From an uncultured Collinsella sp. (GTDB taxonomy: Bacteria > Actinomycetota > Coriobacteriia > Coriobacteriales > Coriobacteriaceae), in assembly GCA_900550965.1 (NCBI GenBank), contig URUC01000001.1, positions 1 through 49,791 on the forward strand: DNA of 49,791 nucleotides, read 5' to 3'. Of this stretch, positions 9,417 to 19,374 are shown piece after piece. The notes beneath the pieces were generated by a model. That model did no database searches. It was not told the DNA's origin and saw only the letters and a list, made by a program, of their open reading frames with translations. The position numbers and the translations under genes are program-made. Position 1 is the first letter of the stretch. The number at the start of each line of letters is the position of its first letter.

Positions 9417-10598
9417 ATGCTATACACCATCTCGGACTTCTCACGGGAATATGAGGGGTCGGTCCGTCTAATCGCCGGCAGCGATGGCATCTCGCGTGCC
9501 GTCTCCGGCGTTGGGATCCTCGATTATGAACTCATGCCCGGCCTCAAGAACAAGTACCAGCGCGTCAACTTCAGCTCAGACGAGATCGTCCTCAGCACCT
9601 TCCTCTATGCGAAGGACGACCCGTACCTCATCACTGAAGCCGTGAAATACCTCGTCGCCAAGGGAACGAGCGGTCTCATCATCAAAAACGTCCTGCACAT
9701 CCCGATTCCCGACCAAGCCATCCGCTACGCCAACGCGCGGCACTACCCGGTCTTTCTCACGACCGACGACTCACTGTTCTTTGACAGCGTCATCTATGAG
9801 GTCAAACGGCATATCGAGCAGCTCGCGTCCATCGACTTCGCACAGCGCGAGATCGATGCCCTGAGGACAGACGTATCGCCCGAGTCCATCTGCCGACGCA
9901 TCCGAGGCCTCAACCCGTCATTTCTGGACGAAGCGGTCGCCCTGTTCGCATCGTTTGCAGAGTCCCTCGACCCGCGCACGTTTTTGCAAATCGAACGTCT
10001 CTGTGCAAAATCGACCCTCGCCGGATGCCACAACATGCTGGCACCCTATGACGGAGGATTGCTATTCGTAGCGACAAGCGACTCGGAGCAGACGCTCGAT
10101 GTGGAGCGAATCGTGCAGGCGCTCACGGAGCTCATCGAGGCTAGCGGCATCGATGGCGGAGCGGAAGGGCTCGGCATCAGCGATATTCTGTTTGGAGACG
10201 AGGCGGTGGCGCAGGCGATCTCGCAGGCGATTTACGCACAGCGCCTATCTTGTCAACGAGCCGAGGGTCCCGTCCGCTATACGCAGCTCGGCATCCTGAG
10301 AACCGTGATGCCTTTTGCGGAAACCCCGGAGATGCGATCGTTCTCGGAGGCGATTCTCTCGCCGATACGCGAGCACGACAGTGAGCATGGCAGCGAGCTG
10401 GAATCCACGCTCGCCGCATTCATCGAGAACGACCGACGTATCGAGCGAACCGCCAAGCAGACTGGCCAGCACCCGAACACGATTCGATATCGCCTCGATA
10501 AGGTGACGGCTCTCACCGGACTGAGCTACAAATGCGCCCCGGAGATGGAGCAGCTGTCGCTCGCCTACGCCATCGAACGCGCTCGCTCGCTTCAGTAA
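9417..10598 (+). CDS. PucR/CdaR-family transcriptional regulator
   Basis: N-terminal purine-catabolism-regulator-like segment (LIAGSDGISRAV) and C-terminal HTH TAKQTGQHPNTIRYRL; divergent from the OCD gene. Start could be 9396, 9411 or 9417. Confidence 0.88.
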   Translation: MLYTISDFSREYEGSVRLIAGSDGISRAVSGVGILDYELMPGLKNKYQRVNFSSDEIVLSTFLYAKDDPYLITEAVKYLVAKGTSGLIIKNVLHIPIPDQAIRYANARHYPVFLTTDDSLFFDSVIYEVKRHIEQLASIDFAQREIDALRTDVSPESICRRIRGLNPSFLDEAVALFASFAESLDPRTFLQIERLCAKSTLAGCHNMLAPYDGGLLFVATSDSEQTLDVERIVQALTELIEASGIDGGAEGLGISDILFGDEAVAQAISQAIYAQRLSCQRAEGPVRYTQLGILRTVMPFAETPEMRSFSEAILSPIREHDSEHGSELESTLAAFIENDRRIERTAKQTGQHPNTIRYRLDKVTALTGLSYKCAPEMEQLSLAYAIERARSLQ

Positions 10599-10616
10599 GC
10601 CCACCCCACCTTGAGG

Positions 10617-11351
10617 TTAGGAACGGCGGGCACGGAGCTTTTCGTAGCCGTCGGCGAAGAAGGCGACCGTGGCGGCGTCGGCCTCGGCGGCGTCCGTCTC
10701 GGTTGCGGGGACCACGCCGTGCTCGTCGCTCACCAGGAACAGCGCGCCCTTAAGCTGCGCGGGAATATCTACGCGCGTGACCGGGATGCCCTTGGTCTGG
10801 GCCAGCTGCTCGATGAGCGTCGCCGTGCCGCACAGGCACTCGTCCGCCGGCGCCACAAAGGCGAGCTCGCCGTTGTTGACGGCGGCGAGCAGCTCGGGCG
10901 CCACGCCGGTCTCGTCGGCTTCGGAGCGGGCCTCGGCGGAGCGGGCACGCAGCGCCTTGGCCGACGTATCGGCGAGCGGCTCGTACTCCCCCACTGTCAT
11001 GGCGGCGTTGCCGTTGATGTCGATCACCAGCATGAGCACACCGTCGTGTGCGGTGTAATCGCCCTCGGCTAGTGACCACTCAACGTGCTGCTTGGCCCAG
11101 CTGAGCATGTTATGGGTAAGCGGCTCGCCCTGCACCAGACGCTCGGACAGTGCACGGATGTGGCGGTTGAGCATGGGCACCTTTTTGTTGGACATGCGCC
11201 AACGGCAGACAAGCGCGGGCTTGTCGAGCGTAAACTTCTCGACCGCCTCCTGATTGGCGCAAAAGTCCTCGTACGCACGCTGATCCTCGGCATTGCCAAA
11301 CAGCTCGACATCATCAATCTGGGGCATGGTTGTACCTTTCGTGTTAGTCAT
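10617..11351 (-). CDS. Hypothetical protein with weak class IV aminotransferase (PabC/BCAT)-like features
   Basis: LNRHIRAL, LCGTATLIEQLA and LFLVSDEHGVVP echo fold-type IV motifs; no clear catalytic-lysine motif. Alternative start at 11327. Confidence 0.6.
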   Translation of the reverse strand: MTNTKGTTMPQIDDVELFGNAEDQRAYEDFCANQEAVEKFTLDKPALVCRWRMSNKKVPMLNRHIRALSERLVQGEPLTHNMLSWAKQHVEWSLAEGDYTAHDGVLMLVIDINGNAAMTVGEYEPLADTSAKALRARSAEARSEADETGVAPELLAAVNNGELAFVAPADECLCGTATLIEQLAQTKGIPVTRVDIPAQLKGALFLVSDEHGVVPATETDAAEADAATVAFFADGYEKLRARRS

Positions 11352-11367
11352 TCCGTCCTCTTATACC

Positions 11368-11403
11368 AAAAAGACGGCCCTCCAAACGGAGCAGCCGTCT
11401 TTT
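11368..11403. terminator. Symmetric terminator-like hairpin downstream of purH
   Basis: AAAAAGACGGC-CCTCC-AAAC-GGAGCA-GCCGTCTTTT. Confidence 0.65.
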
Positions 11404-11444
11404 GCAGAGATTATTTTGACGATATGGTCAGGCGACCGAACAGT

Positions 11445-11574
11445 TTAATGGGATAGAGAAACATCCCATTAAGGGTTTTCCAAGTGCCCGAGATTGCCCC
11501 GAAAGAGGAGCGCCGCGTACTAAATGTACGCAAGCGACGGTTTGAGGGGCAAGGTCGGGTGCTTGGGAAAGCCT
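11445..11574. repeat. Structured intergenic element (short hairpin plus about 100-nt nested hairpin)
   Basis: TTAATGGGAT/ATCCCATTAA hairpin, then TTTTCCAAGTGCCCGA..TTGCCCC pairing with GGGGCAA..TCGGGTGCTTGGGAAA around an apical GCGTAC-TAAAT-GTACGC. Confidence 0.6.
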
Positions 11575-13182
11575 CTAGTGCCTAAAATGCCTAGCTCCGG
11601 TGAAGACCATCGCAATACCATGCTCGTTGCAGGCCTGGATGCTCTCGTCGTCGCGCTTGGAGCCGCCGGGCTGGATGATGCAGGTCACGCCGTGCGCGGC
11701 AAGCACGTCGACGTTGTCGCGGAACGGGAAGAACGCGTCGCTTGCACAGGCAAAGCCGCCCTTCTCCACGCCCTCGCGCTCGCAGAAGTCCTCGGCACGC
11801 CCGCAGGCCAGCAACGCGGAGTCAACGCGGTTGGGCTGACCCGGGCCCATGCCAATGCCGGCCTTGCCCTTGGAGACCAGGATGGCATTGGACTTAACGC
11901 CCTTGCAGACCTTCCAGGCAAACTCGAGCTCGGCCATCTCGGCGTCGGTGGGCTTGCGGTCGGTGGGGAACGTAAAGGTCGCGGGGTCCTCGGTCACGTG
12001 GTCGACCTCCTGCACCAGCATGCCGCCGTCGATGGAGCGCAGCTCCACCTGGGCGCCGTGGTCCACGCCGCCGGTAGCCAGCACGCGCAGATTGGGGCGC
12101 TTGGCCATGCGCTCGAGCGCCTCGGCGGTGTAGCTCGGGGCGATGATGACCTCGACGAACTGCTTGTTCTGATCGGCAAAGTGCTCAACCAGCTCAAAGG
12201 GAACCTCGCGGTTGCAGGCGATGATGCCGCCGAAGGCGCTCTTGGGATCGCAGGCAAAAGCGCGGTCGTAGGCGGCCGTGATGTCCTCGGCAACGGCGGA
12301 ACCGCAGGGGTTCTGATGCTTGAGGATCACGCAGGCCGGCTCGTCGAACTCGCGGACCAGGTTCCAGGCGGCATCGGCGTCCAAATAATTGTTGTAGCTG
12401 AGCGGCTTGCCCTGGATCTGCTCGGAGCCCACAAGCGGGAACTGCGAGCTCGCGGTGTTCTCGCAGCCCTCGGCAAAGCGATAGACCGTGGCCTTCTGTT
12501 GCGGGTTCTCGCCATAGCGCAGGTCGTCGACCTTCTCCAGCGAGATCTCGAGCTTGGCAGAGGTGTCCGCCACGTCGCTTGCCTGAGCGGCAAGCCAACG
12601 GGAGATAGCCGTGTCGTAGGCGGCGGTAGTCTGGTAGACCTTCACCTGCAGGCGGCGACGGGTGGCAAGCGTGGTGCAGCCGCCAGTCTCGTGCATCTCG
12701 GCTAGGACGGCGTCGTAGTCAGCCGGGTCAGAGATGACGGTAACGCTCGCAGCGTTCTTGGCGGCAGAGCGCAGCATGGAGGGACCGCCAATGTCGATGT
12801 GCTCGATGGCGTCCGCAAAGGTGACCTCGGGGTTGGCGACGGTCTTCTCGAACTCGTACAGGTTGACGACGACCAGGTCAATCAGCTTAATGCCGTGCTG
12901 AGCGGCCTCCTGCATGTGCTGCTCGGAATCGCGGCGGGCCAGCAGCGCGCCGTGAACCTTGGGGTGCAGGGTCTTAACGCGGCCGTCCATCATCTCGGGA
13001 TAGCCCGTGAACTCCTCGATGGGGGTTACGGGAACGCCCGCGTCCTCGATGGCACGAGCCGTGCCGCCCGTAGAGATGATCTCGACGCCAAAGTCATCGA
13101 CCAGCGTCCGTGCGAAATCGACGACGCCCGTCTTATCGGTAACCGAGATCAACGCGCGTGCGATCTTCACATCAGATCCCAT
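11575..13182 (-). CDS. purH: Bifunctional AICAR transformylase / IMP cyclohydrolase
   Basis: [64 protein letters not shown]. Confidence 0.97.
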   Translation of the reverse strand: MGSDVKIARALISVTDKTGVVDFARTLVDDFGVEIISTGGTARAIEDAGVPVTPIEEFTGYPEMMDGRVKTLHPKVHGALLARRDSEQHMQEAAQHGIKLIDLVVVNLYEFEKTVANPEVTFADAIEHIDIGGPSMLRSAAKNAASVTVISDPADYDAVLAEMHETGGCTTLATRRRLQVKVYQTTAAYDTAISRWLAAQASDVADTSAKLEISLEKVDDLRYGENPQQKATVYRFAEGCENTASSQFPLVGSEQIQGKPLSYNNYLDADAAWNLVREFDEPACVILKHQNPCGSAVAEDITAAYDRAFACDPKSAFGGIIACNREVPFELVEHFADQNKQFVEVIIAPSYTAEALERMAKRPNLRVLATGGVDHGAQVELRSIDGGMLVQEVDHVTEDPATFTFPTDRKPTDAEMAELEFAWKVCKGVKSNAILVSKGKAGIGMGPGQPNRVDSALLACGRAEDFCEREGVEKGGFACASDAFFPFRDNVDVLAAHGVTCIIQPGGSKRDDESIQACNEHGIAMVFTGARHFRH

Positions 13183-13459
13183 GCAGTCCTCCTGTCTGGT
13201 ACGCCGCCGTGCTCTGTGAGTCGGTGATACGTCGATCTGCAGCGCTCGCGCAGCGGCATTGAAAATACTGATTTAATGTAGCGCATCGAGCGCATCGATG
13301 CACCCCGCAACGCACGGCTGTGCAGAAAAAGTTTGCGAGCGAAGGGGATGGACACGGCATCGGGCACGGTGAGTTCATGGAACACAGGGGCACCATAATT
13401 AGATGCCAATGGCGTGGTAGAACTGTGCTCGATATGTATCCGCAATAGAAAGAGGCACC

Positions 13460-14101
13460 ATGGTCTCGCGGGTTCTCTACCGACCGTTTGATACCGAAGA
13501 TTTCGACGCCATCGCACTGATTCTGCAGCAGCTTTGGCATAACAATTCGGATAACGATGAGTACAACCGCCTCGAGGCCGCGTGCGACCTCGCCTATTGC
13601 CTTTCGTCATCGACGTTTTCGCAGGTTGCCGTCATCGACGGTCAGGCGCGTGGCATTGCGCTCGCGCGTGCGGGACAGAGCTCCGGCGCCACCGTCAAGG
13701 AACATTGGATGGATACCGAGCGTACACTGCTGTCGCAGATGCGTGAGCTAGAACCCGAGTCGTGCGCCGAGTATCTCTCGTTTGTGCGCGCCACCATTCG
13801 AACCAACAACCGCCTGCTCGAGAATAGCCCACTGCCGCATGACAATGAGGTCACGCTGCTCGCCGTCGACCCTGACGTCCATGGCCTGGGCGTGGGATCG
13901 GTGCTGCTCGACGCCGCAATCTCACATCTGTCCTCGTGCGGGGCGACCAGCGCACACCTGTATACCGATTCCAACTGCTCGTGGAAGTTCTACGAGCTGC
14001 ACGGCTTTAAGCGCACGGCCACGCACCGCGCCAACCGCGAAGAGCGCCGTCACGACATGCCGCGTGAAAGCTTTCTCTACGAACTCGACCTAACAGCCTA
14101 G
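13460..14101 (+). CDS. GNAT-family N-acetyltransferase
   Basis: Motif A LAVDPDVHGLGVGSVLL and motif B FYELHGF; GAAAGAGG RBS. Confidence 0.85.
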   Translation: MVSRVLYRPFDTEDFDAIALILQQLWHNNSDNDEYNRLEAACDLAYCLSSSTFSQVAVIDGQARGIALARAGQSSGATVKEHWMDTERTLLSQMRELEPESCAEYLSFVRATIRTNNRLLENSPLPHDNEVTLLAVDPDVHGLGVGSVLLDAAISHLSSCGATSAHLYTDSNCSWKFYELHGFKRTATHRANREERRHDMPRESFLYELDLTA

Positions 14102-14169
14102 CCCAGGCAGCCACACCTAGTCATTTAAGTCTGTCCCCAATGAGTAGCCTTGGTGATCTGCAAATAGCT

Positions 14170-14399
14170 GTGGTCAAAAAACATCAAATATGAGTACTGT
14201 TACCTTTTTAGTAGCAGCGATTTGGGGCATTTTTGATGCTTGTAGGCATGACGACCAGCTGCACGAGCTGACGTAACTCCCCAAATGTTTAATAAAATGG
14301 GCTCCTAACGAGAAGTACTCTCATTAGGAGCCCATTATTATGTGCAAACATATGTGACCAACGCAGCAACAGTACTCATATTTGGCATTTTTTGTCCAC
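14170..14399. repeat. AT-rich non-coding element bounded by 32-bp inverted repeats with an internal palindrome (MITE/REP-like)
   Basis: 14170-14201 versus the reverse complement of 14368-14399 match at 28/32. Internal palindrome AATGGGCTCCTAACGAGA/TCTCATTAGGAGCCCATT at about 14292-14341. Confidence 0.65.
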
Positions 14400-14512
14400 T
14401 GCCCCTTGCGCGAAGGTCCTCAGCGGAAAGTTTGACCCGTTTCGATGCACAAAAAAGGGATGAATCTTCCCTGGCAACCGCCCAGAAAGATCCACCCCAA
14501 AGCAAGCGCTCA

Positions 14513-16459
14513 CTAGAACGTTCCGCCGCCGCCTCCGCCGGCGCCGCCACCACCGCCGCCAGAGAAGCCGCCGCCGCTGCCGCCGCTCGAGCTATCGGAG
14601 CTCGAAGCCAGCTCGCGGATGGTCTCGTGGTACACATCGTTGAACGAATCGAGCGGGGACTCGTTGCCGTAGTGATGGTAATACCACCAGTAGCAGGGGT
14701 AGTTGTCGTAGAAATCGTCGCTGTTGCGCAGGTCCGCAGGCACGGCCTCGGCCAGCTGTCGCAGCACTTCTTTCGAAACGCCCAGGGCAACGCCCATCAC
14801 CAGCAGCTTGTTCCACAGCACCAGATCGCCCGGGACGGCTTCCTTTAGGCGTGTGAAATCCTCGAGCCAATGCTTGAGCGCCTTGCAGCGAGCCGCCACC
14901 TCGGCGCCCTCCGGCGTGTAACGGCGGAAGGTGCAGCTCAGGACAAAGCCCACGATCGTAACGGGGATCGAGATCATAGCGGCACCGACGTTGGCGTCCG
15001 CAAAGTCGGTATAGAACAGAGAGCCCAGAATGCCAAAGACAATGATGATGCCGAGAACCAGGCCGGCCACCATCGCGATAGTGCCATCCGATGCGATAAA
15101 CTCGCACTCCTCCAGCTTGCCCTTAACCGTGCTCTGATAGTCCTCGAGCTTGTCGCCAACAGATTCAGTACGCTCGCTGGCATACTCCTCCAGCTCGCTA
15201 AACGTGCGCGAACGGACGCCGTCTTTATCGGGCTTAACGCCAGCGAAGAAGACCTTGAGCACGTCGCGATCGATGCCGTCCTTCTTGGCAGCCTTCCAGG
15301 CCTCGTCGGTCACTGTGATGCGATACGTCTGCTCCTCTTTTTCGCGACGGAGCAGACCCTTCTTCTTGGTCTCGGTCGCTTCTTCCAGCTTGATCACGCG
15401 GTCGTCGGTCAGCTTCATCAGCGTGGCGATATATGCCTGATCGGGCACGTCGTTCCAGCTCATAAGAGTTGCAAGCACCGCGGGATGATCGGCGGAGGGC
15501 ACATCGCGGAAGTACTCGTCCTGGAAGAGCGGCTTGGGCTTGGGCCTGCGCAGCTTGAGCATCACGATTACACCGGTATAGGCAACCGCCACAACAACAC
15601 ACACCACGGCAATCGCGCTGGCAACCGCACGCGCGTGCTCACGGCGGGCGTTAGCTTCGTCGGCCCATTCCTTCTCTTCGCTCAGGATCGTTGACATGCG
15701 CTCTTCGCCCGAAGCGGCAAGCTGCGGCACCCAGTCGCTAGGGAAGGCGATGCGTGCCTCGGCGAATTCGCCCTGGTGCACGCAGGGAATGGTATAGGTG
15801 ACCATGGGCTCGTCCGCATCGAGCGACACGTCGCCCGTCAGCGGGCCGTGGCCCCATGCGCGGAAGTTATCGCCCTTGACGGCAGCCGTCCCGGCAGCGG
15901 CATTTGCAAAGTAGACCTCCATCTCGACGTCATCGGAGTCCGCCGACCAGCCGTCGCCGACGAATTTCCAGTAGAGCTCGGCGGTATCGGCCCAGTTCAT
16001 AACCGCACCGGTCATGGAATAACTCACGTAGTAGATTGCGCTGTCGCCGCTCTCGTGAGGGCTGAACACCTTAATCTTTACGCCGTCGTCGGACTGTTCC
16101 ACCGTGTAAACGCCGTCGTCGCCTTTATTTGCGCTGTCGACCTTGTTAAACGCAGTGTCGTCTTCCTCGACGCTCAGCACATTGACGACCACCGAGCCGC
16201 CTTGCTGGTTAGAGCCTGTATTGATATCCCAATACACGCCGTTAATGTCATCGTCGAAATCGAACTGGCGTCCCTCGACAACGGTCAGCGAGCCATCGGC
16301 CTCAACCGTGGCACCGATATAGGTTTGGCTCATGGAGTAGCCGTCGGCGTGCGCGACGGCAGGCAGCAGCAACAACGCAAGCGCGACGAGTGCGCAGACG
16401 GAAGCGAACCGCGCAAACAGGCGGCGCTGCCGACAGGGCTGGGCAACGGGGGCGTTCAT
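14513..16459 (-). CDS. DUF2207-family membrane protein
   Basis: Signal peptide, ELYWKFVG..W, LWNKLLVMGVALG and terminal GGGFSGGGGGG tail; ATG 16459 behind an AAAGGA RBS. Confidence 0.85.
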   Translation of the reverse strand: MNAPVAQPCRQRRLFARFASVCALVALALLLLPAVAHADGYSMSQTYIGATVEADGSLTVVEGRQFDFDDDINGVYWDINTGSNQQGGSVVVNVLSVEEDDTAFNKVDSANKGDDGVYTVEQSDDGVKIKVFSPHESGDSAIYYVSYSMTGAVMNWADTAELYWKFVGDGWSADSDDVEMEVYFANAAAGTAAVKGDNFRAWGHGPLTGDVSLDADEPMVTYTIPCVHQGEFAEARIAFPSDWVPQLAASGEERMSTILSEEKEWADEANARREHARAVASAIAVVCVVVAVAYTGVIVMLKLRRPKPKPLFQDEYFRDVPSADHPAVLATLMSWNDVPDQAYIATLMKLTDDRVIKLEEATETKKKGLLRREKEEQTYRITVTDEAWKAAKKDGIDRDVLKVFFAGVKPDKDGVRSRTFSELEEYASERTESVGDKLEDYQSTVKGKLEECEFIASDGTIAMVAGLVLGIIIVFGILGSLFYTDFADANVGAAMISIPVTIVGFVLSCTFRRYTPEGAEVAARCKALKHWLEDFTRLKEAVPGDLVLWNKLLVMGVALGVSKEVLRQLAEAVPADLRNSDDFYDNYPCYWWYYHHYGNESPLDSFNDVYHETIRELASSSDSSSGGSGGGFSGGGGGGAGGGGGGTF

Positions 16460-16654
16460 AGGCACATCCTTTGTCTGTGGTACCAGTAGCGTCATTGTCC
16501 CACGTTTGCGGGTTCATGTGACGAACATCTAAGTCAGCGGAGCGTCAAAACGGGACAAAAGTCACGCCCGCCGCCGGCACCTGGTGACGTTCCCTATCTG
16601 CCGGTAATCTGGAACACTCCTTGGCATAGCCCGCTCCGGCAATAGATACCACTT

Positions 16655-16840
16655 CATAGCTCCATCACAGGTGTAGCGGCTTTGTGTGGGCGCGGCATTC
16701 GCTGATTGAGCCGCCAGTTGAGGGGCATAAAGCAGTTGAGCGAAAACGGTTTGCCCCTTTGCCGTCCGCTTGAGGATCATGTCCCCCTTTTCCGCGGAAA
16801 CCCCGGCAGTTGCGAAGAGCTGCCGGGGTTTCTGTCGTTT
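16655..16840 (+). ncRNA. Candidate small RNA with C-rich, anti-Shine-Dalgarno-like loops
   Basis: Lies between divergent genes yet ends in a strong terminator; CCCCTTT occurs twice just upstream of it. The 5' end is a guess. Confidence 0.3.
16797..16840 (+). terminator. Intrinsic terminator with no annotated upstream gene
   Basis: GAAACCCCGGCAG-TTGCGAAGAG-CTGCCGGGGTTTC followed by TGTCGTTT. Confidence 0.7.
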
Positions 16841-16969
16841 GAGGGCTAGATTGATTGACGACGATTAAGGCGCCGAGCCGGTGGTCCGGCACGCGCAACG
16901 TGTGGCCGCGGCAACTTGCGAGCATCGACGACGCCTCCCCTCACCTCACCCCGCGCTATACTCGTCCGC

Positions 16970-17989
16970 ATGGATATCAACGCATGCAACATAGCAACGC
17001 CCGCCGTGGCCACGTCGACGGCGACCAACAGCAAGCTCGTCCCCGCCCCCGCGCCTGTCGTGGGCCGTTTTGCCCCGTCACCCTCGGGCCGCATGCACCT
17101 GGGCAACGTGTTCAGCTGCCTGTGCGCGTGGCTTTCGGCCCGCAGCCAGGGCAGCAGCATCGTGTTACGCATTGAGGACCTGGACGATCGCTGCAAGCGC
17201 CCCGAACTTGCCGCTCAATTGATTGACGACCTGGCCTGGCTGGGGCTGGAGTGGGACGAAGGCCCCTACTACCAGCACGACCGCCTGGACTTGTACGAGG
17301 ACGCCCTGCACCAGTTGCAATACGCCGGCCTCACCTATCCCTGCTTTTGCACACGCGCCGAGCTCCACGCCGCGAGTGCACCGCACGCGAGCGACGGCAC
17401 GCCCATCTACCGTGGCGCCTGCCGAAGTCTTTCGGCCGAGGAGGTGGCCCGCCGCAGCGCCCTGCGCGCGCCGGCCACACGTCTGCGCGTGCCCACCGTC
17501 GACGACCTCGCAGACGACGTGATCGAATTTGTGGATCGCACGTACGGCGCCCAATGCGAAGCACTCGCCACCGAGTGCGGCGACTTTTTGGTGCGCCGCA
17601 GCGACGGCGTGTTTGCCTATCAGCTAGCCGTGGTGGTCGACGACGCTGCCATGGGCGTCACCGAGGTCGTGCGCGGATGCGACCTGCTGGGGTCCACGCC
17701 GCGCCAGATCTATCTGCAGCACCTGTTGGGACTGCCCACGCCGCACTACGCACATATTCCGCTGCTCATGGCACCGGACGGCCGCCGCCTTTCCAAACGA
17801 GACCGCGATCTGGACCTGGGCGAACTCCGCGCCCGCTTTGGCACGCCCGAAGCGCTGCTGGGTTGGCTCGCCGGACAAACAGGCATCGCGCCGGGCACCA
17901 CGCCGCGCTCTGCCGAGCAGCTGGTCGAGCATTTTAGCTGGGATGTTATCCGCAAGCACAGGGAGAACATTACCGTAACGGCTGAGTAA
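16970..17989 (+). CDS. gluQ: Glutamyl-Q tRNA(Asp) synthetase
   Basis: GRFAPSPSGRMHLGN (HIGH-like), LRIEDLD, YPCFCTR, YQLAVVVDD, VVRGCDL, RLSKRD; no anticodon-binding domain. Confidence 0.92.
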   Translation: MDINACNIATPAVATSTATNSKLVPAPAPVVGRFAPSPSGRMHLGNVFSCLCAWLSARSQGSSIVLRIEDLDDRCKRPELAAQLIDDLAWLGLEWDEGPYYQHDRLDLYEDALHQLQYAGLTYPCFCTRAELHAASAPHASDGTPIYRGACRSLSAEEVARRSALRAPATRLRVPTVDDLADDVIEFVDRTYGAQCEALATECGDFLVRRSDGVFAYQLAVVVDDAAMGVTEVVRGCDLLGSTPRQIYLQHLLGLPTPHYAHIPLLMAPDGRRLSKRDRDLDLGELRARFGTPEALLGWLAGQTGIAPGTTPRSAEQLVEHFSWDVIRKHRENITVTAE

Positions 17990-18004
17990 TCAGGCACCCC
18001 ACCC

Positions 18005-18730
18005 CTACGCAACATCCCAGGGCTGGAGCTCGTCGCCCAGGCGAACGATGCAGTCGTAGAGCACGGTATGGCGCTCGGCCGGGTTGGCATCCCGATGAAA
18101 ATGCCCGTAGTACCAGCGCTTGTAGTCCAAGCGGTCCTCCAGCTCATCGAAAAACGCCGTAAGCCGATCAACGGCGGGGCAATTCCAGCCGGGCGCCGGA
18201 TAAAGCGTGGGCGAAAGCATGCGCGTAGAGCAGGTGTGGGTGACCACGTAGTCGACCTTCCAGCCCACGCCGTCGAGCTTTGTCCGCGCCTCCTCAAAGT
18301 TGCGCTCGTCCGGCAGCTCCTGCGGCCACCAGCTGGAATACGGAATGCGGTATTCCTTGTCCACGCTCGTGGCGCCGCCCATGGTAAAGACCGTTGAGCC
18401 GTCGAGTTCAAAAACCTCGCCGCGCGTCAGGCGCCGTATGGGCGAGGTGTCCGACAGGCGCTGTGTCAGTCCGCCGTGCCACAACTCCATGGGTCGCTCC
18501 GCCCAGTGGTCGAAACGTTCGTGGTTGCCGTCGACGAACAGCACGGTATAGGGGCGCGACTCCAGCCAAGCGATGTCGGCGCACTCCTCGGCAGAGAAAT
18601 CCCACGGAAGGCCAAAGTCGCCGGCAATGATGAGATAGTCGTCGCTCGTCAGGCTTTCCCCAAGATCCCAATCGCGCAGCTTTTGCATGTCAGCGCCGCC
18701 ATGGACGTCGCCCGTCACATAGACCGTCAT
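18005..18730 (-). CDS. Calcineurin-like metallophosphoesterase
   Basis: Metal-ligand motifs GDVHG, AGDF, DGNHE, VTH and GHFH. Confidence 0.9.
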   Translation of the reverse strand: MTVYVTGDVHGGADMQKLRDWDLGESLTSDDYLIIAGDFGLPWDFSAEECADIAWLESRPYTVLFVDGNHERFDHWAERPMELWHGGLTQRLSDTSPIRRLTRGEVFELDGSTVFTMGGATSVDKEYRIPYSSWWPQELPDERNFEEARTKLDGVGWKVDYVVTHTCSTRMLSPTLYPAPGWNCPAVDRLTAFFDELEDRLDYKRWYYGHFHRDANPAERHTVLYDCIVRLGDELQPWDVA

Positions 18731-19365
18731 CGGATCACCACTTCCCTCTTATAGGTTTCGAGATCGCGCTCGACCTGCTCGTCGCCCGTGGCGTTGACCC
18801 ACCACGGCCACTTAACGCAACACACCGGCTCGTCTACCTGTGCAAACCACGACTTGAGCTCCTCCAGGCTCACCGGGGCGTAGCCGTTGGCGTCCACGCC
18901 CACGTCGTAGCGCAGCAGCCCCTGCCGAAGGTTGAACTTGTTATACGCGTCGCCACAGCTGTGGATATGCCCGTGCAAATGCCAGCCGCCGTGCGACATA
19001 CCCTGCCAGTCGACCATGGGATAGTGGCTCAGCACGATTTTCTGACGGTCGATCTTGAGCACGCAAATGGGCGGCTCGACGATAAAAGCATCCGCCACCG
19101 CAGGCTGCGTCCAGTCTTTATCGTGGTTGCCGGGCAGCAGATGGATGCGCTTGCATGCAATGCTTTTGCGCAACTCGTAGGCATCTTGGACCGTCATCTT
19201 AAAGCTGAAGTCACCCAAAATGTAAAGCTCGTCATCCGCAGCGACCTTGCTATTAATGCTAGCGACCATGGCGTCGTTCATCTGCCCAACAGTCGACCAA
19301 GGCCTGTCGGCGAGCCGCAGCATGTTCTCGTGCCCAAAGTGGGTATCGCTGGTAAACCAGATCAT
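18727..19365 (-). CDS. Calcineurin-like metallophosphoesterase (DTHFGH subtype)
   Basis: SDTHFGH, LGDF, GNHD, SHYP, HLHGHIH, DVGVD; overlaps the downstream gene by ATGA. Confidence 0.9.
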   Translation of the reverse strand: MIWFTSDTHFGHENMLRLADRPWSTVGQMNDAMVASINSKVAADDELYILGDFSFKMTVQDAYELRKSIACKRIHLLPGNHDKDWTQPAVADAFIVEPPICVLKIDRQKIVLSHYPMVDWQGMSHGGWHLHGHIHSCGDAYNKFNLRQGLLRYDVGVDANGYAPVSLEELKSWFAQVDEPVCCVKWPWWVNATGDEQVERDLETYKREVVIR

Positions 19366-19374
19366 GGGGACCTC

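Noticed and set aside
13183..13459. ZMP/ZTP (pfl) riboswitch upstream of purH
   Set aside because: The conserved GACUGGCG and CGCCUGGG elements were not found on the minus strand.
16562..16780. 72-aa minus-strand ORF with an AAGGGGG RBS-like sequence
   Set aside because: No motif, and the RBS-like run is simply the complement of the C-rich motif; not excluded, but not supportable.
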